Of a stretch of 64,000 nt of DNA, positions 45,722 through 58,898 are shown one piece after another. A program made the position numbers and the translations under genes. Position 1 is the stretch's first letter; each line of letters begins with the position of its first letter. Source of the stretch: Podarcis erhardii (Eukaryota); the NCBI GenBank assembly GCA_964252035.1, contig OZ176205.1; one strand, written 5' to 3'. The notes beneath the pieces were generated by a model that did no database searches, was not told the origin of the DNA, and saw only the letters and a list, made by a program, of their open reading frames with translations.

Positions 45722-48700
45722 TATTTTGTTTACAACCAATACATGGTGAAAGCCTGCACTAGATTCTCCATTATTCAGAAAGCCTCCTTTCTCCTACCAA
45801 TGTCTATGCAGAAGGCTAAATTTATGCTTCCCTATATTTAATGCTCAGAGAGTGCAGCTACACTTTTTAAAAGCTGTTATTTCTTTTTAATTTTGCATAT
45901 TTGCAAAAGCATTTGGCATACTCCTCACAGCTAGCTTTCTAAATCCCCAGCCTATCTCTGATCCATTTAGGGGAAACCGAAACTGTGCTTAAGGGTTTGT
46001 TTCAGAGCCTTTTGCCTCTCTTCCAACATGGCAGTTTCTCGTGTATCCATCTCACATGTATTATTTCTAAAAGCTGTTCTTATAAAGAGGTTTTACAAGC
46101 TTACTCTTGATTTGGTAAAATATCTGTTTATATAATTTTTCTTTTAAAAATTTGTCCCCTCAGGATCTCAGGAGGGGTGTTTATATTAAACAGCATTTAT
46201 GTAAATCAGTATGATTATAGAACATGTTGGTTTGCTGATAATTTCAGAGTCAGAAAGCAGTGGAACAGGCAGAAAAATACATGGGCAGCCCTGTGTCTCA
46301 CAAGTCCTGTGCGTGGCGTAGGTTGAGAAGACTGTTTAGAAAAGAGTAGTTATTTTTGGCATTTTCTTCATGTTGTGGACAGAGTCGGGAACTGTTGTTT
46401 CTAGGAAATTCTGACATTAGGTTTAAAGATGGAAAGGCCTGTTGTGAAACAACACTGGACTTTGTTTAATGCATTGCAAGTGGAATTCCTGTTAAGTGTA
46501 ATAGAAGAGTGCTATCTGGAATAGTTTCCTGCCTAGATTGCCATAGAAGTAATTAATATAGGCTTTGCACTTTCCAAGTAATGGCTTTTTGGGGAGGAGC
46601 TCTAGTACATAGTGTACAAAATGCACTTAAAACGGGTGACAGGACTGCCTTTGAAGTACTTGAACTGAGACACATGCTCCCCTTCCCCAGCGACATGAAA
46701 TTGAGTTTACAGAGAAACAAACCAAATGAACCAAATGAATTATTCTGCTTTGATTCCCAAAACAGTTTAGATGTGCATGGTTTGTGACAGGACTTGGTGG
46801 TGATAAGATGGCAGTACCATCTGAACAGAGGCAGGGCTAGTTTTTCAAGTGCTTGTCACTTAAAACGTTAGATTAATAGTGCCTATGTCTTGGAGTGGTA
46901 CAATGAATGGCTCAAGATATGGGGGTGCAGCAGGTATATTGCACCCCTGCCTGTGGTCAAAGCAGGGCCTGGGACCTCAGAAAACATTTGCATATATTGT
47001 ATAAGACTAGCATTTACATTTTGTGTAAGCCTACATAAAACACCATGATATTTCTTCTCCCAGAGCATAGGTTAACTTCAGCTTTGTGTTTGGACTTAAC
47101 TATTAACACCAGAGTAGGAGGGAACACATGACCCCTCGACTTGCATATGTCATTCTATGCAAGTCTAGTATTATATCTGAACCAAGGCCTTTGACTGCTT
47201 TCCAGTTCTCTGCTAGTGAGACTTAAGTTTGGCTTGTATTAATAAATTGTAATCTACAAACTGTAAAGTACCTTACCCAGTTTGGATGTAATGATGAAAT
47301 CTGGTTAGTACTTTATTAACAAGCAGATGCTTCTGATCTCCTCCTTGCAGCTGTTCCATAGAAAGATGTGGGAGCATGTAAACCTAGGTTTGCTTCTATT
47401 CACATAGCACTATGGTTTAACTACAATATGCAAAGTAGACCTGGTATCAACCTTATTAGATCCTTAAGCAATTTTTAGAGTTTTGTGGACCTGATAATAC
47501 TCTTCTACAAAAATCAGAATTTATTTTAGCCTTAGTGGCAATGATTATAACTTATTTTTAGAGCAGTTTTGAAAAACCGCACATGGTTACTGCAGCAGGG
47601 AGAGAACAGGAAAAGGTTTGCATAGTGAAGAATACAGCCACATGAAGTAGTGGTTTATTTTTATTTTTATTTTCACAGTAAGAGCTAAACTAGGAAATTA
47701 TTTAAATTTGATGGCCATCACCGATCCGTGTCTCTTTCCCTTGTCTCGTGGTGACATCTAGCTGAAGCAGATGTGTGATGTAATGCCATCGTGACCAGCA
47801 TTTCTCAGTCCCTGTTCCATTTCATTTACCACTTCATTGACTGCTAAATGTAAGTGGTGAGTGAAATACTAAATGTGATGCCTCTTCAAGCATCTCCTTC
47901 AGCTAGAGGTTAACAAGAGACAAAGAATCATGGATTAGCATGGCCATGTGTTTCAGATAACGTCTACCTCTGGCCCTGAATAAAGCTAGTAATATATTGG
48001 CTCTGATTCAGGTTCTGTCAGCGTTTAAGTTGCTAAGAATTATATCGCTGGCACTTACTATTTGATTGTTGTTTATTTCTTGTATCTGTGGATAGTGATG
48101 CTGAAAACTGCATTCTTCTTTCTGCCGGACATAATTCCCCATCCAATATGCAACCATCAGCCTTCTGTTTTCTTAGTATAATCACTGCAGTTAAGACTGC
48201 TACCTGCGGAACCTGTTTGATGCCAGCTAATATTGTAAACAGTGTCCAGCAATGGACTTTCCTCCCTCCTCTTCCTTTCATGCTTGCTTGTACTAAGGAA
48301 ATTTGATCAACATGAAGCTTTGGCTGTCTGGCTGCTGTTACTATGTGTGAGACAGGGGTGGGAGAGAAAGGAAGACATACCAGCATACCTATGACAAAAG
48401 AGCATGTGCATATTTATACAGACTGAGAATTCACTCACTACTTTATGCTTCCTTTTTGCAAATTGTAAGCAGTAAATTCCCTCAGATTTTGCTTACCTTC
48501 TTTGTGTTTCAGAATACCCTGAAACTGCATCCCCTTGGCTCACTCATACTAGAAGCCTTGAGTGCTCCAGTAGGTTTATGGATCAGCTCTACTACACTCC
48601 AAAAATAGTAATTCAGCCCAGCTGCTTTCAGAGTAATATGTTAAATACAAAAAATGACACTAACGTAGTGGTAATGATTAGACTTTATACCAATTTCTTT

Positions 48701-49260
48701 CAAACTGTTCCTAGTATTCTGCTTCTCATTTGTAGGCAGACCTACGATAATGTGACTGCATTGAAAATGTCATGTGAAAGGCGGATTCTGTCTAAATTAA
48801 GTTCCAAAATACATAATAAGAAGTGTCTTAAAATGTGACTACTTGTCTGTATTCATTGTGAAAAATGGCAAAAGGACTTAATTTTGCAGCCAGCTGTGTC
48901 CTAGAAAGATTTCATTATATTATATTTGTATTGCATGGCAGCAACTTGTCATGCTCTCTTGTTTGTTACCAAGACATTCACAATACTTAGCCAGGCTGTA
49001 ACGGCAAGCTAATGTGTGTCTGTGTCCAATACTCTGAATGGTCAAGAGCTGTTCTTGTCCCTGGTCCTGGGTGCTGTACTTGGCAGAGAGAAGTGACTCT
49101 CACATGAAAGTCAAAATAGAAATATATTTTGGGTCAAACTGGGCTCTGAAAGACATTTCTCTCTAGTAGTCATTAATCTCCAAAAAAACAAGCTTTGGAA
49201 CTAAGCCAGCTCATATTATCCAAAGCTCATATTATCCCTCATATGGCAAAATGCACAATA

Positions 49261-49579
49261 CAGTGGTGCCCCGCAAGACGAACGCCTCGCAAGACGGAAA
49301 ACCCGCTAGACGAAAGGGTTTTCCGTTTTGGAGGCGCTTCGCAAAACGAATTTCCCTATGGGCTTGCTTCGCAAGACGAAAATGTCTTGCGAGTTCCTGC
49401 GGGTTTTTTTCCCTCCCCCCCCCTTTTTCTAAGCCGCTAAGTCGCTTATCAGCTGATCCGCTAAGCCGCTAAAAGCGCTAATCCGCTAATCCGTCAATGG
49501 GCTTGCTTCGCAAGACGAAAAAACCGCTAGACGAAGAGACTCGCGGAACGGATTAATTTCGTCTTGCGAGGCACCACTG
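49261..49579. mobile_element. Tigger/pogo-like MITE, 319 bp; same family as 39835-40181, opposite orientation
   Basis: TIR cagtggtgcc(c/t)cgcaagacgaa; TA on both flanks (49259-60, 49580-81); CCGCTAA internal array. Confidence 0.93.
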
Positions 49580-50840
49580 TACATTACTTGGACTTGATCA
49601 GACCAATTCCCTGTTCCCCATTTTTCTCCACTACTGGTTTAAAAACATGTGAGCAATATAAATTTAAATTCAGTCAGAGTTGTTGTTTCTCTTTATAAAT
49701 ATCCTAAAATTGTCACTTCCAACAGCTTTCTAGAGCATCCATAAATGAAGACCTCTGTAAATAGAGACATGTTTCCATAGCAAAAAAAACAAGTGCTGCT
49801 CTGGTTTTGTTTTCAGTTTAAAACTTCAGTGTGTTTTTTTGGCCCTTGAATCCAGGCATCTGTGTGACAGCTGGCTTTCATGGGCGTCTTCTTCCCTTTA
49901 ATATTCAGAAGACTAAAAAGGATGAAGGGTGAGCAGATAACAAGATCTAGTTCTTACGGTGGTGTGAACAGCCAGTTGATGGTATGACTACAGTTGTGAT
50001 AATGGTGAAGGTCTGATGTGGCACCCTCCAGGATTAGGGCAAGCTACCAAAATATACTTGGAGAAACAGGCAGTGTAAGATGACAAATGAAACCTAGAAA
50101 AGGATGACTAAAGTGACTATCTGGCTCTCAAACAAACAAACAAATCATCACTAACAACCACAAGAGTGTATCTGAAAGGATTTTTTATGATGAGGGATAT
50201 AAATTATTAATTAAACAAATAAATGTCACAAAAATTTAAGTACTCTTTTATACCGTATACCAGCTCTTCTTAAAATTAGCACTTCATATAAGTAACATCT
50301 GTTTAAGAGAAAGTGAGTGTGCTCTTGATTATTCTTGTTATGTTTTGTCAAATTCTTACTGCCCATTTTATTTCTAAGTCTTGTCCTCTTGTGCCGGATT
50401 TAGTAGTTGTGGTTGAGCCTGAACTAGGTGGAGCTCATTGTGTTGCCAAAGAAAATAAGTTGTCTCTCTGCGTGTTTTAGAAAACTGATTTTGGAGATTA
50501 TACACATTGTTTGTAAGCTTTATAGGCCTGTCTGCACATATTTTGCTTCTATTAGTCTGGTATGCTACATTTTTATACAGTATTATGAATTTTGTGTCTG
50601 CTTTATTTGAATTAAACTGTGTATCTGAAACAATATATTGATTTTGAAAACTTATATTAAATATACTAATTAATTTTCAGAAGAAAAATAAATCTTGTCA
50701 GTGGCATCTCAGGAGGTTTTTCCAGAGTCTAATAGTTTATTAGCTTGTACACAGATATTGAATTTGCTGCTGTTGTTTACTTTTGAAAGAGCACAAGAAG
50801 CAATTTCCCTCCCCTGCAGTTTTTCCATGACCTTCTAGAC

Positions 50841-50900
50841 CAGTGGTTCCCAATCTTTACAAGTAAATGGACTCCCTTTTAACCATGAAGATGTTGCAGA
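50841..50900. mobile_element. Left end of a hAT (Charlie-like) element
   Basis: ttctagac (NTCTAGAN target) followed by cagtggttcccaatcttt; right end not found. Confidence 0.55.
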
Positions 50901-52355
50901 TTTGCACATACTAATTGTTGCAATTTTAGGCTCCATAAATTAGGAAAATAAATAATGACAGCAAACTATTATGAACTCAGTAACCTTAGATGAGGTAGAG
51001 ATTTGATCTGATTCATCAGGGCTCTTCTTGTATTAACACAACTGTGCATAAGGAAAAATTGAAACAGGTGCATATTTTATACCGCTGCAGCACTTAAGAT
51101 GGAGAAACAGAAACACTTCTGAAATACTGTCTTCTTCACTATTTTCAAACCTGCGTGTCTTTTCATCATAGCATGGCCATCTCCTTGTCCTCTGACTGCA
51201 CTCCTATGCACTTATTTTGAGCATCCCAAATCAAACGTTATGCAGGGGATTTGCTCAGAAATTGGAAAAGGACAAAAGATGAAAAAGATTTTAAAAGCTG
51301 GTGTTTCCGGGCTCTTCCTCTCCCATGTTCTTGCCATTGCTTTGCTGGGGAAGCCATGTGTATTAAATATCCTTTAAATATATAGTGTAGCATTGGCCTG
51401 ATACAATTAGAGACTGTGTAAGGAGAAGTTTAATTGTGCACAGATGACTGATTCCTGAAGGAAACACAGTATCTTGTTGAATAAAATGAACCCCAAAATA
51501 TGAAAGGAAGTAAGTATTTATTCCATCTAAATTAGAGTAAATAGATTTTACACCCACCCAAAAGCCCCTCTGAATATTTTCTATCTCCTGTTTGCTATAC
51601 ACATACATTACTCAAACCAAACCATTTAGGGGTGGGGGTGGGGGACAGATTATGTGTCTGATTGTTCTCTCCATGCCTATAAATGCATGAGAGGGAAGAA
51701 AATTGAGAGAAAGACCAAAATACATTGTGTATGTAAGTAAGTGTCACTTTGAGACAGAAATTTTAAATCCTGTGAATTGACATGTTTATGAGATTGAGGG
51801 GAGGGGAGATTAAACACTTATATGGTATTGCTGCTTGGTGAAAATGAGAGTAAATGTAAGCATAGAGAAGAAAGAGAAAATGGCAGGAGGAATGGAAAGG
51901 TCAGGATTGAGTTCACTGTTTCTTTTTCTTTGCAAAAATTCATTGCTGCAGCATAACCCATTATCATTCTCCTCCCTCTGAGAGGGAGGAGATACAGATA
52001 CACACACACACACACGAGTTGCCACTTCTGGTGCAAAGTAAGTTGGCCCCAGTGACCATAAATTGGTAACCACAAGCTTGGACTACTTTAATGTGCTTTA
52101 TTTGGGGTTGCCTTTATGGCTGGCAGTGTGGCTAATTGTTAATTGAGACAGTTTACTATGAGCATGTAACACTACTTATAAAAGTATGCACCTGGGCCAG
52201 GATTAAGGTTTAAGCTATAAAGCCCTAAACAGCATGGGGCAGGGTTATTTGAGGGAATGCCTTCTCTCATATAATCCTGCCTGATCACTACAATATTCCA
52301 ACAATGCCCTCCTGGTGGTTCCTCAGCCTGCAGAGGTCCATCTCCTAAGAAATGC

Positions 52356-52422
52356 TTGGCAGGGGGTTGGAATTGATGGCCCTTGTGGTCTCTTCCAACT
52401 CTATGATGCTATGATTCTATGA
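52356..52422 (+). mobile_element. CR1 3' terminal fragment
   Basis: ttggcagggggttggaattgatggcccttgtggtctcttccaactctatgatgctatgattctatga. Confidence 0.85.
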
Positions 52423-52604
52423 AATGGTGTTGTGGTGCCCAGTCTATAGAACAAGCCTTCCACTGAGATAAGACAAGTGCCTACTGTTAATGATTTTCAG
52501 GACTTGGTAATTCCCCCAGTCCTTTTATCTTCCAGCCACACTGTGTGAAGTATGTCTCCTACCAGCCTCTTCTGTTTTGAATGAGATTCGTATACTGCTA
52601 CTCA

Positions 52605-52776
52605 TGCATTATCTTGTTGTAATCCTTACAACAACTCTAAAGTTTAATATCCACATGATGCACTTAGGAGGCTGAGAAGGGTGACTTGCTGAAGACTACG
52701 TAGTGAGTTCATGACAGAAGTGACATTTGAATGGAGGATTTGTGGCTCACCTGTTTTAGCCTCTGCACTACACCAG
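52605..52776 (-). mobile_element. MIR-like (CORE) SINE remnant
   Basis: atccttacaacaactct...aggctgagaagggtgacttgctgaagactac.tagtgagttcatgacagaagtgacatttgaa. Confidence 0.6.
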
Positions 52777-52957
52777 TTCTGAGTATTAGATTTAGAAGCA
52801 GTAATTTTCTTTTGATTTAGTTTTCAAGTCAACTGAATGGCATGTTGTATATTCAGTTTTTGTATCCAAATTAGGCTTGAAGGATTGTTATGCGGTGCTT
52901 TGCTAGAACTTGTGGTATAGTGTATAGGAATACTGTATGTTCTGAACTGTATGATTA

Positions 52958-53207
52958 CAGTCGTATCTTGGATCCCAAAAGCCTTGCGAGTCAAGCGTTT
53001 TGGCTCCCGAACGCCACAAACCCAGAAGGGAGTGTTCTGGTTTGCAAACTTTCTTTGGAACCTGAATGTCCAATGTGGCTTCCACAGCTTCCAGTTGGCT
53101 GCAGGAGCTTCCTGCAGCCAATCAGAAGCTGCACCTTGGTTTCCAAACGTTTTGGAAGTTGAACGGACTTCTGGAATGGATTCCGTTTGACTTCCGAGGT
53201 ACGACTG
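52958..53207. mobile_element. Tigger-like MITE, 250 bp, 300 bp upstream of the 95-nt exon
   Basis: TIR cagtcgtatcttgga / tccgaggtacgactg; TA on both flanks. Confidence 0.88.
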
Positions 53208-53506
53208 TATTGGTTTTCTTTGTGTAGCTTCTGGTTGGGTATGTGGATGTTATCATCATGAACTCCGAATTGCATATTTGGAATAGCTTATACTGGAAAG
53301 CTTTTTGCATCCTTTGCAAGGGCATTCCTAAGATTAAAAGAGCCACAGGTTCCCTGACTCCTTTTTCTCTGTTTGATTTGCCCCCTATCATTGCTGGCTG
53401 CTGAGCCACATAGTTTTACAATTTGCACTTAGGTAATAAAACCTTTTCTCTTCATTGAGTTCCTCCCCACTTTTAAAAAAAGATTCTGCTTCATTATATT
53501 TTTCAG

Positions 53507-53601
53507 GTTCTCAAAGCCAGCACCAATGTTTTTGGATGATTCCTTCAGAAAGTGGGCACGAATCCGGGACTTTGTACCTCCTTTTGGAATTAAAGGACAA
53601 G
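53507..53601 (+). CDS. ST3GAL3: ST3GAL3 coding exon, 95 nt, (K)FSKPAPMFLDDSFRKWARIRDFVPPFGIKGQ(D)
   Basis: Acceptor cattatatttttcag|G, donor AAG|gtagga; near-identical to the recalled vertebrate ST3Gal III peptide. Confidence 0.98.
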
Positions 53602-56600
53602 GTAGGATAGCAACAGTTCATTTACCATAGCTCAAATGCCCTGCTGAAGTAAAAAAATAGAAGGTGCCTATAGTTAAACATACTCTGTGTGTCTATGGTA
53701 TCTGCATCTTGTGGACTTCAACTGCTAACGAGCCTCATCAGCAATAAACCTATCAAAAGACTTCCACTTGAGCAACAGGGTTCCCCCCCATTTCCCTCCA
53801 CATGACCCTGTGGCCCCTGAAATTGGCTCTGAAATATCACGTGGCAAGTTGAAATGCTTGTGCAGACAAAATGTTTGTAATTGTGTGATGTTGAATTCTA
53901 CATTCTTGAGTGGGAACTAGGACACCACCAGGTGGATATTGTTACCCTCTACTCGATGGAGAGGCAGAGCTTTGACTAGATGTCAGATCCTCCCCTTCCC
54001 TGAGGAGCAGTTCGTTTTTCTGCCTCACTTGCGAGTTCACCTATTTTCACTGTGCATTTCTGGCCTCATTTGAAATTCACTGTCTGATTAGAAGAACGTG
54101 TGGATGTTGTACTGTTATTCTGAGTTCCTATCAACACTATTTTTAGTTCTGTCTGATTACCAGTTGGCTTGCTTCTTTGCAAACTGAGCTTTCCCACCTC
54201 AAAAATTCCTTCCTCCTTCAAGCATATCAAGACATTTAACAGCCCTCCACAAGCTCTGCTGCTATACTTGAAGAATTAATTGTACAGCTGATTACCCTAA
54301 GAATTAATTGGAAAATTAATTATCCTTTTAAAAATAGAACTGATTACCAGTTAAAGGAAGTTGATCCTGACTCTGTGATTACCCACACCTATTGACTCTG
54401 ACCCTGTGAATTAATTACCTAAAGTGGCATAGTTTGTACTTTGATCCTTTTGTAGCCACTCTGGAAAGATCAATGAGTAGGATGCAGACCATGGCAAACT
54501 TGAAATTAATTCTGCATCTCAGAAATTACATTACTTGCCTGCATTATTTGTGAATATTGGGATTATTTGGCCCATATTGTAAGACTTCAGTTCATGATAC
54601 TGGGTATACCATAAGGTGATCCTAGAATTGGGCTCCATGAGGTCTTGTGTATTGTTAGATATGATTTAATTAACACTGTGCATGGGGAACTGGTAACAGC
54701 CTCACTGTAGCATCTGTCTTCACACTGCAGTAGGAGCGGGACTGAGTGTAAATAAATCTGCTCTATATGAGGCAATATATATTATTATTCATATAATGAC
54801 ATTAGTTTCCCTAATAAGGGGAGGGTCTTGGAAGCATGAGCTTGCCATTCTTATAGTCCTTGTACCTAGTATAAGGAGGAATTTGTTCACCCTTTCCCTA
54901 TCATTGTACCAGACCCAGTCAGTGCAGATGTAATAAGCTGTATACATTGTTCTTCTCTTATGCTTCCCTCTTAGCAAAGCGGATGATTAAATACAGCTGT
55001 GCAAATTGTCCAGAAATAGAAACTCTTCATTCACTGCAAGAGATTTGCACCATTCTTTATCTGCTGGCTTTCAAGGTGTGCAGATACAGAGAGGAATACA
55101 GGTCTTTGTACTAGGTGGTTTTAGGTCTCGGAAGCAGCTGATCAAGTCTTTTGCCAAGTAGAATCAAAATGGAGAACCTCGGCACAGGATGACTGAATAT
55201 CTTTGGCAGTCTTTGCTTTGCATTTCCAGGTTGCTGCCAGCTTGTGTCACCACTACAGTGTTATGTAAATCCAGGGTTTTATATTGGATTTTCTTCAGTT
55301 AAAAACAGAAACTGCCATTACTTAAATGGCTGGGAGCTGAAGCAGTGGGAGCAAAACAACTGAATGGATTGTTTAATGCCCTCATGGGACAGAACTTTGT
55401 GCCAGGATTCAGTCCAAGGCAGTTTGTATATGTGGGAGGGAAGAATTATTACTCTCTGTAAACTGGTGAGCCTAATGGCTGTGCTGACAGGCTAGGAGCG
55501 TGAGAGAGGCAAATGGCAACCTTCTCGCATCACACGTCACTGGGATTCTTACATCAGCTTTTTCTGCTTATCCCAGGGGATGCATTGGGGATGAATAATA
55601 GTGACCTGATGATGGGATCAGCACCTCATTAAGGTCTTCAGTCAGGGCTAGTCTGGTGCCAGTTGAAAGGAGACTGCAAGAAGAAGTTTCTGGTGCTTGC
55701 CAGAACTACAGCAACTGGGGAAATTGGGTGATGCTTGAGAAGAGGATGTGCCAGTTTAGCATCAGAGGGCAGCTAATCCTTCATAAAGACCCTACCTTTG
55801 TCAAGGAAGTGTACCATGAGAAGTGCTTTGTGCAAATGTTCAGGAGCTTCAGTCTGCTTCTCAGCTGTTTGATTTGAAATGGCAAGGGGGATTAACTTGC
55901 TTTGTTCTGTGAACTTGGGATCACCCTGGCTGTGATGTACATAGTCTGCACAGTAACATTTTAAAGTTTCAAGCTGTTGTACCAGATTGTTTTAGTCTGT
56001 GAGTTGTTTGTCAAACTGATTCCGAGAGTTCTTCTTCTATGCCTTTTCTGGGTTGGCTTCACCAAGAAGCAAGCTAACCCAAACTTTAGTGTTGAGATTG
56101 GACTAGGTTTCATACCAGAAGACTACAGTATATTTTATAATTATTAATAAGCATGGTTGGTTTCAACATAGCAATTTGTTACAAATGCCACACGTGCCAT
56201 AACTTCTTAAGTTATTTACTCAAATGCAAAAACAAATAATAGCAATAGAAAAAAACTTATTCATTTATTTATATAACAACGTCAATATGCTGCTTAATCA
56301 ACAAAAACTTCTATGCTATAAAACTATGTAGAATAATGTCTGAGAAGGCACATATTAGGAAAATGTCATGTCAGAATTCTTCACCTGTGTGAATTTTCTG
56401 GAACAGCTCCTGCTGGCTCCTGATCATGGGATTGTCCTAGAAAAATCTGTGTGGATGACCAATTTTAACTTCACATTTTTCACATATATGCCTACATTCC
56501 TGTGGAGGCAAGTGTTACGTCAAAATGTTTGCTTTTATGAGCTCTGCAGGGTAGAAAGCTATGCATGCACAGTTGGAAGTATTGACCTCCAGGGCATACT

Positions 56601-57546
56601 GGAACAAGCACATCTGAGCACTACCAAACACAATCTATGCCATTCCCTTCCCTAAACATTCTTTTAGCTGCATAGCAGTCTCTTTTCACATCTGGCATGC
56701 TGATATAAATAATACTTTATCTCTGTTGATAAAATACAGATGCATGCTGACATCAAAATTCAAATTTGCACTGAACCAAACTATCTGTCTTTACACCTCC
56801 TTCTTGGCTTCTTGCCCAGATCTGTGTCTGGAGGAGCTGAAGTTCAGAGAGCAGGAGTTCTTTCCCATTTTCACTCCCTCATCAACCTCCTGTGTTCATT
56901 GAGAACCTTTTTTCAGTCTGCTGTGTCATGGTAACTATTCTACATTAACAGGATGAGGTTCAGCAGTCTGTTTCTTTCATGAATGGATCTCTTGCTATCT
57001 ACAGAGGTTTTAGGGTACAACTTCCTCCATCTTATAATGAAAACAATTGTCAAAGAGTATAAATAAAACACTACATCCTTTCCAGTTAACCTGCCCATGC
57101 ATAAGATTTACATGAGAGACCCTTCTGTAGGTGCCTTCCGCCTTCAGAAATTTAGGCAAGTGGCAAATAGGTAAAGAATAACAATTGGAGCACCAACACT
57201 GACAATCCCCTTCACCTGTTTCCCACTTGCCTAAATCTCTGTGGTGGGTGGGTGGGGGGCAAACAAACAAACAGTTTAACCATATTGAATGGTTGGGGGT
57301 GAGGTTCTTTTTGTTTATCTGCTAATTAGTGGTTGTGAGTGTTGCTTTGTTTGTTGTTTGCTTATTGCTAATGTTGTTTATTACTGCTAAGGTGTGTTGA
57401 TTTTATTTTCCTAATACGTTTTATGGAATACTAACATATTCTATGATTCCCCCCTCCTTTTTTCTAAGGTATAATGTACTTGCATATATTTTTCTGTGAC
57501 ATAAGTCACTAGGAGGCTCTTGAGTAACAAGTGACTAATAAGTTTA

Positions 57547-57562
57547 AATAATAATAATATTA

Positions 57563-57606
<44 letters not shown>
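57547..57606. repeat. (AAT)n microsatellite (tail of the adjacent SINE)
   Basis: About 20 units with one interruption. Confidence 0.95.
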
Positions 57607-57607
<1 letters not shown>

Positions 57608-57609
57608 TA

Positions 57610-57760
57610 TTACACCTTTCCTCCAAGAAGCTGGTGGTTCATGTCCCCCACTTTATCCTCACAAGAATCCTATGAAGTAGATTTGATTAAGAAGGCTTGC
57701 CTTGCACGTAGCCACCCAATGAGCTTCATGGCCGAGTGAATATTTGATCCTGGTTTTTTA
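57610..57760 (-). mobile_element. MIR-like (CORE) SINE remnant
   Basis: ctttatcctcacaagaatcctatgaagtag...agccacccaatgagcttcatggccgagtgaatatttgatcctggt. Confidence 0.65.
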
Positions 57761-58735
57761 TGTCATAGTATGATGTAGCCAAAGTGTTTTGTTCCACTTT
57801 GGTTGGCCTTTTACTCTGTGGGATACGAATCCCATGAATATTGATTGGCACTTCCCAAGAGAACAGAGAGCATTCTAAAATTACTCAAAGATAGGAGGAA
57901 AAATAGATGCAGCGCCCTTATCTAAGAGTTACCCTTTTCTTAGTTATGATGAACCTAAAAGTATGCATTTCAGATGAGATGAGGCCTTAGCTGGAACCCA
58001 CATATCTTCATTGGCCTTTTTTTCCACCAAACTTCTATTGAAACCCCTTTGAAGTTTTTCCTAATACCCAAGACTCTGGAAATAGCTTGCATGCCCCTGG
58101 CAAAAATCCTAGAAGCTTGAGGATCAAGAATAATACCCCCTAAGGAATCAGAAAAGCAAAAGTATGTTCCATGTACAGCTGGATGTTGCTCAACATCCAA
58201 TTTTGATGTCTTTCCACATGTGTTACAGCTCATCTACATAGTTTTCTGTGGTCCTGATTTATTGCTCTTATGCTAATCTAGGAATTCAAGAAGTTAAAAC
58301 TCTCAGAGCAGGTACATCATAAATTGGGTGTGCCCTGCATTGGTATCATGTATCTGGTTATGAAAACTACATATATCACTCCAGAGCAAAGCATCCTACA
58401 TCTGATTGCATTCATTTGAAGAGCAACTATGTGGCACTGGATATCTTTGTGCCATGACTGCTTTGTTTTCTCACAATATGAACTCTGACTTCAGTTGTAC
58501 TCATCAGCTGTGTGCTCCTCTTGCAGAGTTGTGAGTCACAAAGTGCTGAACATGACCTAGAGAAGGCTGATCTATACCAGAATCCTGCAGCAGGTACCTT
58601 GGTTTTAAGTTGCTAAGGCAGGGTCAAGCAGGGTCAGGTAGGTCAGGACCTGGGACAGCTCACAGTGCAAATTCCCAGGAACAGTTGAGATTGTTCTGCC
58701 AAAAGATCTGGTATTTGTAGTGCAGATTTAGATAT

Positions 58736-58898
58736 CATACACACCATGCATTTCTCCCACCCCCAATAATCCTGGGAACTGTAGTTTCTCCCTTACAGAG
58801 CTACAATCCCCAGCACCCTTAGCAAGCTATAGTTCCCAGGATTCTTGAAGGGTATGTGTGTTTTAAATGCACTTGAAATGTATGGTGGTTATGCAGCC
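58736..58898. repeat. Palindromic MITE-like element (same broad family as 32433)
   Basis: Ends catacacaccatgcattt / aaatgtatggtggttatg; inner aatcctgggaactgtag / ctatagttcccaggatt (16/17). Confidence 0.65.

Noticed and set aside
17511-53506. Recursive-splicing (AG|GT) sites in the 36-kb intron, e.g. near 19840, 20995, 22359, 26325 and 36837
   Set aside because: The acceptors are plausible but the regenerated donors (gtttgc, gttgat, gtgcaa, gtgatg, gtttag) are weak, and the intron is shorter than typical recursive introns.
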